Positions 22,937-36,055 of a stretch of DNA of 64,000 nt are shown one piece after another. Source of the DNA: Massalongia carnosa (Eukaryota). The notes under the pieces were generated by a model. That model searched no databases and had not been told where the DNA came from. It saw only the letters and a list, made by a program, of their open reading frames with translations. Every line of letters begins with the position of its first letter. Positions within the stretch are counted from its first letter, which is position 1. The translations under genes and the position numbers were made by a program. Where the stretch lies: assembly GCA_965645245.1 (NCBI GenBank), contig OZ287075.1, positions 1,922,001 through 1,986,000 on the forward strand. Direction: 5' to 3'.

Positions 22937-25900
22937 ATGCCGGCAACAACTCCGCCCGCTGATGGTAGCAGCAACAAGCCAAGACAGTCATCCGGTGGGA
23001 GATTTTTTTTTGGGCGGAAACTACACAAGGAACGTCCGTCAGAGTATCGTGGACAGGAAGACGGGACCTCGGTTCTGGAAGTTCCTAGCGCTTCCAGCAG
23101 CACCACTGGATCACGTTCCTCCCGATACTCGCACAAGCCCTCAAGATCATCTTTAGATCTCGCAAATTGTGAAGACACTGTAGGGGTTTCAATGACTGCT
23201 GGAGTAATCACATCGATACCATACGACAGCGTTGCGTCTGATGGCAGAACACCCATCTCCGTGGAGTATCTACCGAAAAACGAGAAGGCTCCTGGTCGAA
23301 AGGATCCCTTACCACATCATCTGAACAAGGGCGGGGGAGACTATCACCAGTATCCTTCATGGGATCCTCAAAATCCAATGCCGTCCAACGGAACCTCGCA
23401 CCCGACAGGTCCAAGACCTCCACCTCATTCGTCGCTCAAACCAATTTCCTTCCTGTCACGCGAGCAGACCAGGAAGCCTGTGCAATATGCCACCTCTGGG
23501 GACGCCACCTTAACAGCCAATGGCTCTAATGGCACCTTTAATTCAGTCTCTACAGGCGACACGTCCTCTAATCACAGAAACTCTCTCGACCACGCTAGCC
23601 TTGTGTCTTCCGTTTCTTCTGCTACTCGTGGTTCCAGTATATTCTCTTCAGATAACTCATCGCGAACAGCCATACCATCCTACAACTCAGACTATAGACC
23701 TGCAACTTCATCACGCCAATCCCATTATCATGCGGGGTGGCAACCGCAACAACCTGGCGGACTCTCTTCTCCTACAACATTCAATCCAGACGGGTTTAAT
23801 CTCCCTCGCCCCTCCGATGATCGAGTTATCGAGGCGCAGTTCCTCGACCTGATGCATAAGCGTGGCTGGCAGAATCTTCCCGAGCAGGCAAGACGGCAAA
23901 TGATGGCATATCCAGCCGCAAAGAAATGGACGCTGGTACATCAGGACAAGCTGACGGAATATCAAGGAGAGCAAAAGAGAAGGCAAAATGCTCGGCAAAC
24001 TATAATGAGCATGGATGGGTCACCGGGAATTGTCGCCAGGTCTGAAGAGGAAGGAAGTCCGGAGTGGTATGTAAGGAAGGTCATGGGTGATTCAATTACG
24101 GCGAAGCAATTGGGAAGTCTCAGCGTCAGCTTAAGAACACAACCGATAAGGTATGTTTTATCTACACGACTTGTTATTCATCGTTAAAAATGTTGCTCCA
24201 ATCTTGAGGGGTCTTTATTAAGAGTAGCCCCAATAATTTCTCTTTCTTCTTTCCTTCCTAATTTTGGATCTTTACGTATTTCTTGATGTATAATGTTGGG
24301 CTCAGACGCTGTCGTTATATGATTGTTTAACCGATGGCAAAGTTATTTCTGATCTGTTACCTATCTCAAGCGTAGCTGACTGGTTGCAGCTGGGTTAGGT
24401 CGTTCGTGGAAGCACAGGGCCAAGTGGCTTTGACTAATGTCCTTGCAAAAATAAATCGACGGCAGGGCCAAGGTCCAGCCCCTGCAGCGGGCACCACCAG
24501 TGATAAAGACCTGGATCGGGAGTACGACATTGTGAAATGTCTTAAAGCACTGATGAACAACAAGTATGGCGCTGACGATGCCTTGCTTCATCAGCAAGTT
24601 ATCGTTTCCTTAGCTACCTCCTTGATTTCCCCACGCCTTACTACAAGGAAGCTCGTGAGCGAAGTTCTGACGTTTCTATGTCACTGGGCCGATGGCGAAG
24701 GTCATCTCAAGGTTATTCAGGCCCTGGACCATGTCAAAAATCAACATGGCGAGAATGGACGTTTCGATGCTTGGATGCGAATTGTTGAAGTCACCATTGA
24801 TGGGCGAGGCAAAATGGGAAGTCTTGTAGGAGCCAGTGAGGAGGTCAGGAGTGGGGGGATTGGCATGGAAAACCTACTAATGGAGTATGCTGTTGCTTCG
24901 CTCTTCCTGCTCAATATGATCATTGATGCCCCGGAGCATGATTTGCAGCTACGTTGTCATATTAGAGCTCAGTTTACGTCCTGTGGTATTAAGAGGATCA
25001 TGACGAAGATGGAAGGCTTTCAGTACGAGGTCATCGACAAACAAGTGGAGCGATACCGCGAGAACGAAGCAATCGATTATGAAGACCTTCTGCAACGTGA
25101 GAATAACAGCATGAGGGATAGCATTGGAGGAGAGGTTGCAGATATGCACGATCCCGCTCAGATTGTTGATGCAATCATGTCAAAGGTACAAGGGAGTCGT
25201 TCGCAAGACTACTTCCTCTCCGCAATGCAACATATGCTCTTGATCCGAGACAATGAAGGCGAAGATCGACTTCGAATGTTTCAACTTGTCGATGCTATGC
25301 TTAGTTACGTTGCTATGGATCGAAGGCTGCCGGATATGGATCTCAAGCAAAGCCTTAATTTCTCAGTACAGAGTCTTTTAGACAGGCTCCACACAGACTC
25401 TGAGGCACGTCAAGCCCTCGACGAAACGGTTGAAGCTAGGCAGATCGCGGAATCTGCGATGTCCGAACGTGACGAAATGAGGCTTAGAATTGACATGGGT
25501 GCCGATGGGCTCGTGGCAAAGTTGCAGAAACAGCTCGAGGAGCAAACTGCCATCATAGAGCTTCAAGGACGACAGAGTGAAGCTTTGAAGGCTGAACTTG
25601 CCGATCTACAGCAAATACGTGCTCAAGAACTTCAAAGGAACGAGTTAGAGACCAGGGAACTCTATCTTATGCTTCGCGATGCGCAAGATTTTGCTGCTTC
25701 GATTGCTAAAAAGGGAGTACCGGAGACTCTCGCGACTGCAGATCCTAAAAAAATGCAAGGCATCTTGGACCGCGAAACACTCATGAACCGGTTAGAGGTG
25801 CAACTTGAAAGAGCAAAAACACAATGCAAACTTGAAGGCAAGGTTTGGCAACAAACAGGCCCATCCGATAGGCTACGTGAATTACGTGAACAGATGGATG

Positions 25901-28660
25901 GCCAAGCCGGCCAAGGAATAGACCTTCCCCTGAGGAGTTTTAGCGGAACTCTTGGTAGCACAGCGCGAAGTAAAATACTGAAAGGTCCCCGAAGGGCAGC
26001 GGCCGACGCACTGGCTGCTAGTGAGTTGTTGAGCTATGACGTTGAAGGAGGAGGAGATGCCCTAATGTACGAAAAACCCCGACTTATTGAGATGAAGCGA
26101 CCTCAACCGCACGCTCGCCAAGCAAGCGGGATTTTAGGAGAAATCGCAGCAAAAGTACGACGGTACGACGCAAGTGACGACGACGACGACGCTGGTGATG
26201 GTGTCACGACTGGGCCGTCGCATCCAAGCCTTGAATCCAATTCGCCAAAAACCCCCCTTGACGAAGCCCCTCCCAAGATCGGCTCTAAACCTGACGAAGA
26301 GCTTCCAGCTCCGATTCCTCCTCCGCCTCCGCCTTTGCCTTCTGCGCCTTCTATCTCTCAAGGATCTAGCATCATGCCAGGATTTGAAAATGGGCCACTG
26401 CCTCCCCCTCCACCACCTCAACCTCTAGCTGCGTCCATCATGGCTCCTCCTATGCCTGGGTTTTCTAATGGCCCCTCTCCCCCGCCTCCCCCTCCCCCTC
26501 CACCCCCTCCGCCAATGCCAGGTACCTTAAAGGCGCCTGGGTTTCCTGGAACTTTATTAATGGGTCCTCCACCGCCACCTCCCGCACCCGGTCCACCCCC
26601 AATCCCAGGAGCCCTGAAAGGAGGGTTTCTACAACAGCCTCAGTATGGCCCTATTCCTACAATCGGCTTACCTTTTATTCGTCCTAAGAAGAAGCTTAAA
26701 GCACTTCATTGGGAAAAGGTTGATGCTCCTCAAGTTACGGTATGGGCGGCACATACTCCCACTCATGCCTCGAAAGAGGAGAAGTACTTGGAACTTTCTA
26801 GAAAGGGGGTTTTGGATGAAGTCGAAAAACTCTTTCTCGCAAAGGAAATAAAGAAAATTGGCGTCAGTAGTGGCAAAAAGTCTGACAAGAAACAGATTAT
26901 ATCCAGTGATCTCATGAGGACGTTCCAGATTTCATTAGCAAAGTTCTCTCAGACGCCAGTAGAGGAAGTCGTACGCATGATTATTCACTGCGACAAAGAA
27001 GTACTTGATAATAATGTTGTGATGGATTTTCTACAGAAAGATGATATCTGTGTCGTCTCGGACAATACTGCTAAACTCATGGCACCTTACAGCAAAGATT
27101 GGACAGGTCCTGACGCCCTCAAAACTGCGAGGGAACAAGATCCATTAGAACTTACTCGAGAAGACCAGATATACCTGCAGACCGCATTCGAGCTTCGTCA
27201 TTACTGGAAGTCAAGAATCAGAGCATTGGTCCTTACGCGAACCTTTGAGCAGGATTATGACGATATATCTGACCATCTAAGAGAAGTCGTTAGAGTTTCC
27301 GAATCTCTTAGAAACTCTGTAGCTTTGATGAACATTCTCGGCTTAATTCTAGACATTGGAAACTACATGAATGACTCGAACAAGCAGGCGACAGGCTTTA
27401 AGTTGAGCTCTTTGGGACGCTTAGGAATGGTAAAGGACGATAAGAATGAATCCACCTTTGCAGATCTTGTTGAAAGGATTGTTCGAAACCAGTATCCTGA
27501 GTGGGAAGGCTTCATTGATGATATTGGGGGCGTTGTTTCCGCGCAAAAACTTAATGTTGAGCAGCTAGGAGCGGATGCTAGGAAGTACATCGAAAATATC
27601 AAGAACGTACAATCATCGATAGACTCGGGTAACCTTAGCGACTCTAAGAAATTTCATCCGCAAGATCGGGTTAGCCAGGTTGTGCAAAGGTCAATGAAAG
27701 ATGCTCGAAGGAAAGCAGAGCAGATGCAGCTCTACCTCGAGGAAATGACCCGAACTTACGACGATATTATGACATTCTACGGAGAGGATAGTAAGGATGA
27801 AAATGCCCGCCGTGAGTTCTTCTCGAAGCTGGCTTTGTTTGTCACCGAATGGAAGGTAAGCTTATTAATTTGTCTCGCTTTGAATTACCACGGGATTTTA
27901 CTAATGGTTACAGAAATCTAAAGAGAAGAATATAATCATGGAAGAGACCCGTCGTCGTAATGAGGCTTCCATGGCACGAAAACGCCTCAATACCAAGGGT
28001 ATCAACCCCGCTGCAATTTCAGCCGGCAGCTCTGCCGATAGCGTAATCACACCTTCTTCCACCGGGGCTATGGACTCGCTCCTCGAGAAGCTTCGAGCTG
28101 CAGCGCCACAAGCACGAGATCAGCGTGATCGGAGGCGGCGAGCTAGACTCAAGGACAGGCATCAGATTCGGGTTGCCAGTGGCCAAACGATTCCTGATTT
28201 AGGGGATCTAACAAAAGGAAATGAAGATGAGGATGGGGAAAAGGGTATTCTCAGCCCTGAGAGAATCATCAGTGGAGAGTTCGCCGGAGATCGTGGCGGC
28301 GAAATGGCCCCTATCAGCGAAGGAGAGGATGTAGCTGAAAGGGCTGCCACGATGCTGCAGGGGCTTCGTAGCGATGCCGACGCGGATGGAAGGCCAGGCG
28401 GCGGAGAAGGCAGTTTGAGGGTCCGTAGGAGAAGAGAAAGCGCAGACGATGAGAAACGCACTAGAAGAAGAAGGAGAAATGTAGGCCCTTCGAGTGTGAG
28501 TGGAGGCTCGGAGGAACGAGATTCGCCCATATCTCCTACTACTTACCAGGACCCCGACTCCATTCCCGAGGAGACCACAATTGTAGCAACGCCTACCACC
28601 GTCATCAGTCCACCGAGCCCGGACGGCACGCAGAAGAAGCCGGTGGAGATATCCCCCTGA
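22937..28660 (+). CDS. sepA: formin (SepA/Bni1 family; 3 exons)
   Basis: GBD/FH3 (SPEWYV, LSVSLRTQPI|WVRSFV), coiled coil, poly-Pro FH1, FH2 (KKLKALHWEKVD, ILDIGNYMND, GFKLSSL), DAD MDSLLEKL; introns 24151-24389 and 27856-27913. Confidence 0.97.
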
Positions 28661-28899
28661 TACTGCATGTATACATCATCTTTTTCTTCACACCTCTCTC
28701 ATCACCCCGAAGTATCATTCTCACCTTGTATATTCATCCTCTTTTTTTGTAATACCCCCGTTGATATGGGGCGCAGTTCTAACGCGGCGTGTGGGATATC
28801 CAATTTCTGCTGTTTTTAGAATCTTCTTTTATTATGCATAGCGTTGCGTTCTAGGAGGGCTGGTTATCCTCAAGCAGCGCGGGAGTGGGGTTTTTTTTT

Positions 28900-29592
28900 C
28901 TTTTCTTGAGCCATGAAGGCTGTCGGGGACCTAGAGTCAGCCATGAAGCAAGGAGAAAGGTGGTTCGTGTGTTGGATTTGTGGGGCACGCCTATTCTTGA
29001 CTTAGCGGCAGAGTATCTAAGTTTGCACGGAAGAAAAGGCGAAAACGTATTTGAATTCCCGACCATTTCTTCTTATATCACATCAGCGCCTTCATGACGT
29101 TTTCCTTGTGCTACTACAACTGGCCAAAGTCTCCGTCTTAGTGCCGATCGGAGGCTGCAGCCGCTTTCCATGTCGCCGCATCTCTTTGCCTAAGTATCTG
29201 GTTGTACGAAGTATAACACTTGGTACACCATTCCTCAAAGGTATACTTTGCATTTGTGGGATCGGTGTGTGTCATTTTCAGCGCGACTTCGGTCATGTGA
29301 TTGAATAATCCAGCCGGCGGAAGCAAAAGACATAAACGGGATTGATAGGCAGTGATTCCATTGCGAATGCTGGTTTTTAGTGAGTAAATCGTTCTCCTTA
29401 CGTCCACGATGCATGCTTCTGTTCCCCCCGATAACGATTTCTCCAAAGTACGCGTATTGAAACAGAAGAGTTGTGGTTTGTAGTATGACCTGAAACGACC
29501 AAGCCCTAAACGGCACTTCTTAATTTATCGTGATTTCAGCGCAGATTTCGGTGACTTTTTGACAGCAGATCCCCCATTCGAATACTCGCATC
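28900..29592 (-). pseudogene. possible decayed gene of unknown family
   Basis: Overlapping 93-102 aa protein-like frames broken by a frameshift and stops; boundaries approximate. Confidence 0.25.
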
Positions 29593-30004
29593 TCAATACA
29601 AGCTCATATGCTCAGAAGATGCATTTTGCAATTTACCTTGCTTCCATTCTGCTCTTGAGGAAAATTTTCCCTGCTCTTTGCATGCCTCTTAGGCCTAGTT
29701 TTCGTTAGCTTGGTTAGGCTATATATTCCGCTGGCTATCTAGATTCCACTTCTCGACATAAATTCGACTTTGACGCGTTGGATACCTTATTTCCGTGTTA
29801 GATTTGGATAGCGCGGCTCTCTTACCTTTATTTTACTAAATCTCAGGCAGGAAACCCGGAACTATTCGCTCTTCCTTCGCCACGTCAACCTCTCAAATAT
29901 CTTACTTAAAGTAGGGACATTTTATCTCATTAAGCTGAAGGACATTATTTAGTCGCTACTTCGGTCCGCTTTTCTCATCCACCTGCTCTGCTCTAAACCC
30001 CAAC

Positions 30005-31600
30005 ATGGCTGTTCTAAAGGATCTCGAAGTCCGCGTTGTAGCGTCTTCCAATCAAGATGCGCTTCAAGAATATGATGACCCCAAGGCTGTATCACCTGGA
30101 GATGATTTGTCTATCAAAAAATTCATTGAAGCCACAATAGGGCTGGAATATTAGATAACTGTCTATGTGAAGCCGGGCTTCAAGATGTGGGCCGCTAATG
30201 GAATACTAATTAGAATAAACATCGATGGTGGAGTAGTCAATTTTCGCCAATTCAAGACCAATTCAAACCAAGCAGCAGGTGGTGGAGCAGCCAAACAACG
30301 GTTTACCTTTCATTATGTCGACTGTTAAATATCATGAGGAGTCGGTATGGCGGGCGGGCGGGTACTCCTTTGGGTCCCTTGACAATGGTGAGTTGCTCCA
30401 AAATCTTCAGCTACACATGTTCTAAGAAATTTAGAAAGATGAGGACCTTGAAATGGATAGTGAAAAGCTAGACAAACAAGCTGCTACTCTTGGTTGCATT
30501 CATGTCTACGTGTAGAGAGTCACTCGAATGACGCGTGCGATCCACAGTCCACGGGGAAGCATGTATTAGCCGGCGGCATCGTTGGAAGTTCCGAAGGAGT
30601 TGTTCAAAGAAAGGCATACCACTCACGTAACGAAGGGAGCACCTAAAGCTAGCAATACTTAAGCTTTCTTTTACACCCACCGACAAAAAGTTTTAGGCTG
30701 GGAAAAAAAAAAGGCTGTAGCAGATCTTGGTTTTAAAAGATATTCGTACCAAAGTCATGAGAGCCAAAATTGCGATCGCCCTAACTTCTGCTTCCGTTAT
30801 CGATTTCATAGTAAGGCCTGGATATCCAGTCGGCAAATCTGATTTCTTTGCCAGTGCACTCGTAGCTCCTTGGATGCATTCCGGGCGACCTAATACCACC
30901 AACGTCAATAGTGCAGCAAACAACTAAAGCGCGTACCGCGTCTCTAATTGCCCAGGAGATCGCAAGATCTCCAGTATGCTTCAGAAGCCTAATCAGGGTT
31001 TTTGTAGAAAGTCTTGCTGACTGTGAAGTAGGCTGACATAGAGCGCATTCAGAAACTGGAGAATGAGATTGAAAAGCTCTCTCGGCTGAACCAGCGAATG
31101 ATTCACGGGACTATTGACCTAGCGCGCGTCCAAGGTTAAGAGAATGAAAATAGAGAGCTAATCCACCGCGTTGGACAGCTGACGGCAGAGATGGCTGATA
31201 TAAAAGAAACCAGAGATCGATGGCGGCGCTATTACAAACTCTTATAGGTAGTACGACTACAATTGCGGCGGCAACGGCTCCGATAGTACCTTTACAGCTG
31301 TCCTCAATTTCTGTAGCACTACCATTATCATTAGGCCGCACAACGATTACGAAGGGCGAGCAAAGCAGAAGAAGCCTCCCTCAATCCTGCAAGCAGTTCT
31401 CTAACCTCAAATACCCGGCACCCAAAACGTCCTAAACTCGTCGATTTAACATTAGAGTAAATTCCCATTCCTTGCCACTGTTACAGAGTTCTAAACAAGG
31501 GAACAGGAATATAAACCAAGAAATATCACGACAGTATCATCAAACACCAAACGACGTGCACGCACAAGTGAAGCATAACTTGGATGTACAATGATGAGTA
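30005..31600 (+). pseudogene. pseudogene of a DUF7918-like fungal protein
   Basis: MAVLKDLEVRVV...ALQEYDDP...KFIEATIGLEY*ITVYV...INIDGG...YSFGSL; premature TAG at 30152, later frameshifts, GTGAGT intron; 3' limit approximate. Confidence 0.6.
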
Positions 31601-32444
31601 TTGTGAGCAGAATCTCCGAATACAGGGCTTGAGGGTGGTAGATCAAGAGTTTGCATCTATGATTTTCAAGCCTTTCCACAAACATACTCTACAGTCAGTT
31701 TTCATAACTGGTACATACCCCGCCATATTAATGCTGACAAATGGTATTAAATCGTTCTACCAAAAGATTTAGGAAGCCAGCTTCCTTGGGCAATTACAAG
31801 CTAAGGTATAATATTTTCTGTCCCATTTAGCCCCGTATGCCCCTTTATTCCCCTCCTTCCTTCTCTCTTCTCTTCTTTCTCCCCCCCCGCCCCCCCCTTT
31901 TTATTTTTCTACCAATTCTTATAGGGACTTTTTTTAGAGCTGCTTTGAATTCCAATTTATAGTTTCTTAGTTTGTCGCCTTGTTCTTTGTGACCTCCACT
32001 ACTACGCCCAGCCAACATCAAGACCCGGGTACCTCAAAGCAGAAGCCTATAGAATACACATCTCCCCCAACCCCTGGACTCACCATCCTACCACACTCTT
32101 CACCTTGAGGCCTCTCCCACCCCCCAAATCCCTCCCAACCTCCCTAAACACCTCTGCATCCTCCGCCCCAACCCTCAAAACCTCCCACCCTCCTTCCCGT
32201 CCCACCAACCGAAGTCCTCCATATTCTTCTTTCCCCCGCGATCCGCCCAGTTATTCTATTCGCCTTCAGTATTGAAAGCTTTTTCGTATATGCAGTTCTC
32301 TGCCGTTGTATTCGTTTTCGTGGACTTCAGTCTTCCCGGACACTCGCAATCATAATACGGAATTTGCAGAGGCTGAAAACAGCTGTTCTTGATCAGTTTC
32401 CTCCTTCATTCTTTTACATTCTCTACTTGACTATACCTTTGAGA

Positions 32445-33658
32445 ATGAATAGTAACAAATATCTGCCTGCTAAGGAGGAAGGCAGTTTCGATGTCTCGGG
32501 GTGTGCTTCAAGTCACGAAAGCAACTCTTTCTTAGACGACACACGGAAAGAATACCATCAGGGAAATAAGATTCGGATCTTAGTCTGGCTTTCAATATCT
32601 TTTTTCATTGCCTTAGTTATGAATGTTTTTTATACGCTTCACCGACAAGCGAACATATTGAGTGATGAGCGTTGCGCCAAACAACTTTCTCTACCAGGTG
32701 AGCAAGACAGTTCTGAATAAGCCTTCTAGCGTCCAAAGGGTTCTGAATTTACGCTGCTCTGTGAAACGATTATTGATGAGGTTATAGGACCTGCACTTCA
32801 GGCCGTTCAGTATGAGACGCATATGTTCCGTGGTGCTCAGGCTGATGTCAATCCGTACAAAGGCCATCCAAGCCCCGAGCTCGATGCAGCCTGGGGAAAG
32901 CTCGCTGAGGGTATATTCCCTTTATTGCTGCATTTAATTTTCTAATAGGCCTTCCTTGAGTTCACTAAGTGAAACCATTAGTTCGCCACGTCTCAATCAG
33001 CCCCGAAGTCATGGTCGCCATCAACAAATCCCAAGTCCATGCTGTCAAGCTGCGCGATGGTAATTATCTTGGGGCCACGGAAGTGTTCCATCAGCTGCAC
33101 TGCCTGAATCTGATCCGCCAACACTCCTACAAAGAGTATTATGACGTTGACGGACGGCGTCCGCCAGGACTTACGGATAGCCCAGCTACGCTGCGGAATC
33201 ATATTGGTAAACATTTAAACAGCCCAGTATCCGATTGAAAGAAACACGCTTACTTTTCTCTCCGCGATAAGACCACTGCATTGATATCTTAAGACAAGAT
33301 ATCATGTGCTATGGTGATACGAGCGTGATCACGCACAATTGGGTGAAAGGATACAAATCCCCGTATCCAGACTTTAGTAAGCCCTCGACAAATATCTCTC
33401 TGACCAACCTAAAGAACAGATCTGCGCTTACGCTTAAGCATTTCTTGTAGGTACTGCTTAAGCATTTCTTGTAGGTACCACGCATCGATGTAGAAACTTC
33501 GATGCGATTGTCGAATGGGAAAAGAAGGCCCAGGTACGCAATGCACCGCTTCTATTTAAACATCTCCTGCTGCATAGAATACCGCTGACTTTTCTATCCC
33601 GCAGGGCATGGATCCGATGATGCCGCCAGATGCCGTGGTGCTGACAATTCCACCTTGA
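32445..33658 (+). CDS. UstYa/DUF3328-family oxidase (6 exons), type II membrane anchor
   Basis: N-terminal TM helix; YKGHPSPELDAAW; two HxxHC motifs (VFHQLHCLNLIR and NHI|DHCIDILRQDIMC); HRCRNFDAI near the C-terminus. Confidence 0.92.
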
Positions 33659-34271
33659 GCGTCATCCATCTGGATGTTAAATGTTGGAGATGGATGAGCT
33701 TATTGAAAGTCCTTATGAACGGGCTCTGCTTTAGTGGAGCAACATGCATATAGACTTTGATTTATATACATGATGTCTATATAAACCAACAAAAAGGATG
33801 GGAGTACCTGTATTTCTAAAGGATATTAATAGCATCATTGAACCAGACATGCAGTGCACTGAAGATTGGGATTACTTGTCACGGTAGCAAATGCCAGGAT
33901 TAGTGTTCGTACCCCGCACATTCTCCGCCGTTGATGTAATCAATGCCCGGATCACGATTGACCAAAAAGGTAAAAGGAACGAGGCCATGACAGCTTGTGC
34001 GTGCGGAACCTGCGGTTATACCATGGGGGCCATATATATAGGAAGAGGGCCAGAATCTGCTGCTTCTAGTTGAACAGCAAAGGAGCCCCCAAATCCCTCT
34101 TCTCCCTTACATCACTTCTGTTAGCACGGCTAGAAGCCCTCGCAGAACCCCGCCTTGTACCTCTCCTCCCCCCTTTCCCAACTTCCCAAATCGATCTCCA
34201 TCAAGTTTAGCAACCGGAAGCCAGGAAGCAAAGTGTAATCGCAGTCAATTGGTATTAAAAATATATCAATC

Positions 34272-35788
34272 ATGGTGTTTTTTCGTTCGTTCGCACGCCT
34301 GTTGCGTCCTACCTCCTCCTCGCTAGCAGCCCCATTAGTTAACTGCGGGGGTCTTGGCGGCATCCGTACACTAACTGCGACTCCGTCAATGCAGGTTCTC
34401 ATTTACCTTTCCAAAACATTTACATCTACGTCCTCCACTAACCAAGGCTGAATTATAGTCTAAGGTTCTCCTCGTACTATATGATGTGAGTGTGTTCGAC
34501 GACTCGAGGCTTGAACCCAAAGGTCCTGAAGCATAAGTATTGCGGAGCATGCCCTAAATGTTGCGTAGGGACATGAGCACGCCAAGCAAGTCCCAGGGCT
34601 TCTCGGCACAACGGAGAATGAACTTGGTATTCGAAAGTGGCTTGAGGATCAGGGTCATACTTTGGTGACAACATCGGACAAAGATCGATCTGGATCGAAA
34701 TTTGACAAGGAATTGGAGGATGCAGAGGTCATCATCACTACACCGTGAGCAGCCTTTCTCTACGAAGGAAATGATACGCTTGAAAGCACCGACTTCCAAA
34801 AGCCTTTCCGCTAATCAGATGTGCGATCATGTAGCTTTCACCCAGGATATCTCACCGCTGAGCGTCTTGCAAAGGCAAAGAAGCTCAAGCTTGCAGTGAC
34901 GGCTGGCATCGGATCGGACCACGTTGATCTGGACGCTGCCAATAAGACCAATGGAGGCATTACTGTTGCTGAGGTGACAGGCTCCAATGTGGGTTCTGTT
35001 GCCGAACACGTTATTATGACCATTCTGGTACTCGTCCGCAACTTCGTCCCAGCCCATGAACAAATTCAAGCGGGTGAATGGAATGTCGCTGCAGCCGCAA
35101 AAGATGAGTTTGATCTTGAAAATAAGGTTGTTGGTACAGTTGCTGTAGGAAGAATTGGGGAGCGGGTTCTGCGCAGACTTAAAGCTTTCGATTGCAGAGA
35201 ACTGCTCTACTTTGATTATCAGCCTCTCAAGCCCGAAGCTGAAAAAGAAATCGGGTGCAGGCGTGTGGAGAACTTGGAGGAAATGCTGAGTCAGTGCGAT
35301 ATTGTGACTATTAACTGTCCCTTACATGAAAAGACTCGAGGACTGTTCAACAAGGAATTGATCTCAAAAATGAAGAAGGGTATTCGTAAAGCCCACACTG
35401 TATCCTGGATTCTTACTAAAATATCACAGGCTCATGGCTTGTTAACACTGCTCGTGGTGCCATCGTCGTGAAAGAAGATGTCGCCGACGCCTTGAAATCA
35501 GGCCATCTTCGAGGCTACGGCGGTGATGTTTGGTATCCCCAGCCAGCACCCGAAGACCATCCTCTACGATATGCTAAGAATCCTTTCGGTGGAGGCAACG
35601 CCATGGTGCCGCATATGTCGGGAACGTCACTTGACGCGCAGAAACGTTACGCCGAGGGTACCAAGTCGATCCTCAACTCCTACTTCACCAGGAAGTTTGA
35701 TTACAAGCCAGAGGATTTGATTGTAAAGGATGGCGAGTATGCGACCAAGGCTTATGGTCAAAGAGCTGCAGGCAAGTCGGGAAATTAA
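34272..35788 (+). CDS. fdh: NAD-dependent formate dehydrogenase (AciA/Fdh) with a putative mitochondrial presequence
   Basis: [82 protein letters not shown]. Confidence 0.97.
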
Positions 35789-36055
35789 CAGGAATAGGGC
35801 AACGAAATCGATAAGGTGGATCATTTTGCTCCAAGTCTATTAGCTAGACCTAACTCCCTGGTTTTGGAGCTCTCAATTGCGTAAGAGTGGATTAGGGGTC
35901 AGAGTCTGTTGAAATCAAACCATCGTGCCTGTGACTGAGTGACTAGCCCTAATAAATCATTAAGCGAATCGCATGAGGGTTCGCCAAGCATGACTGATGG
36001 TTTAAACCGTAACTTCGTAATTTTACCAACACTATTTCCCCAGCCTTTCTATTAA

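Noticed and set aside
31830..32240. Candidate RiPP precursor directly upstream of the UstYa gene
   Set aside because: C-rich low-complexity DNA with no signal peptide or KR-delimited repeats
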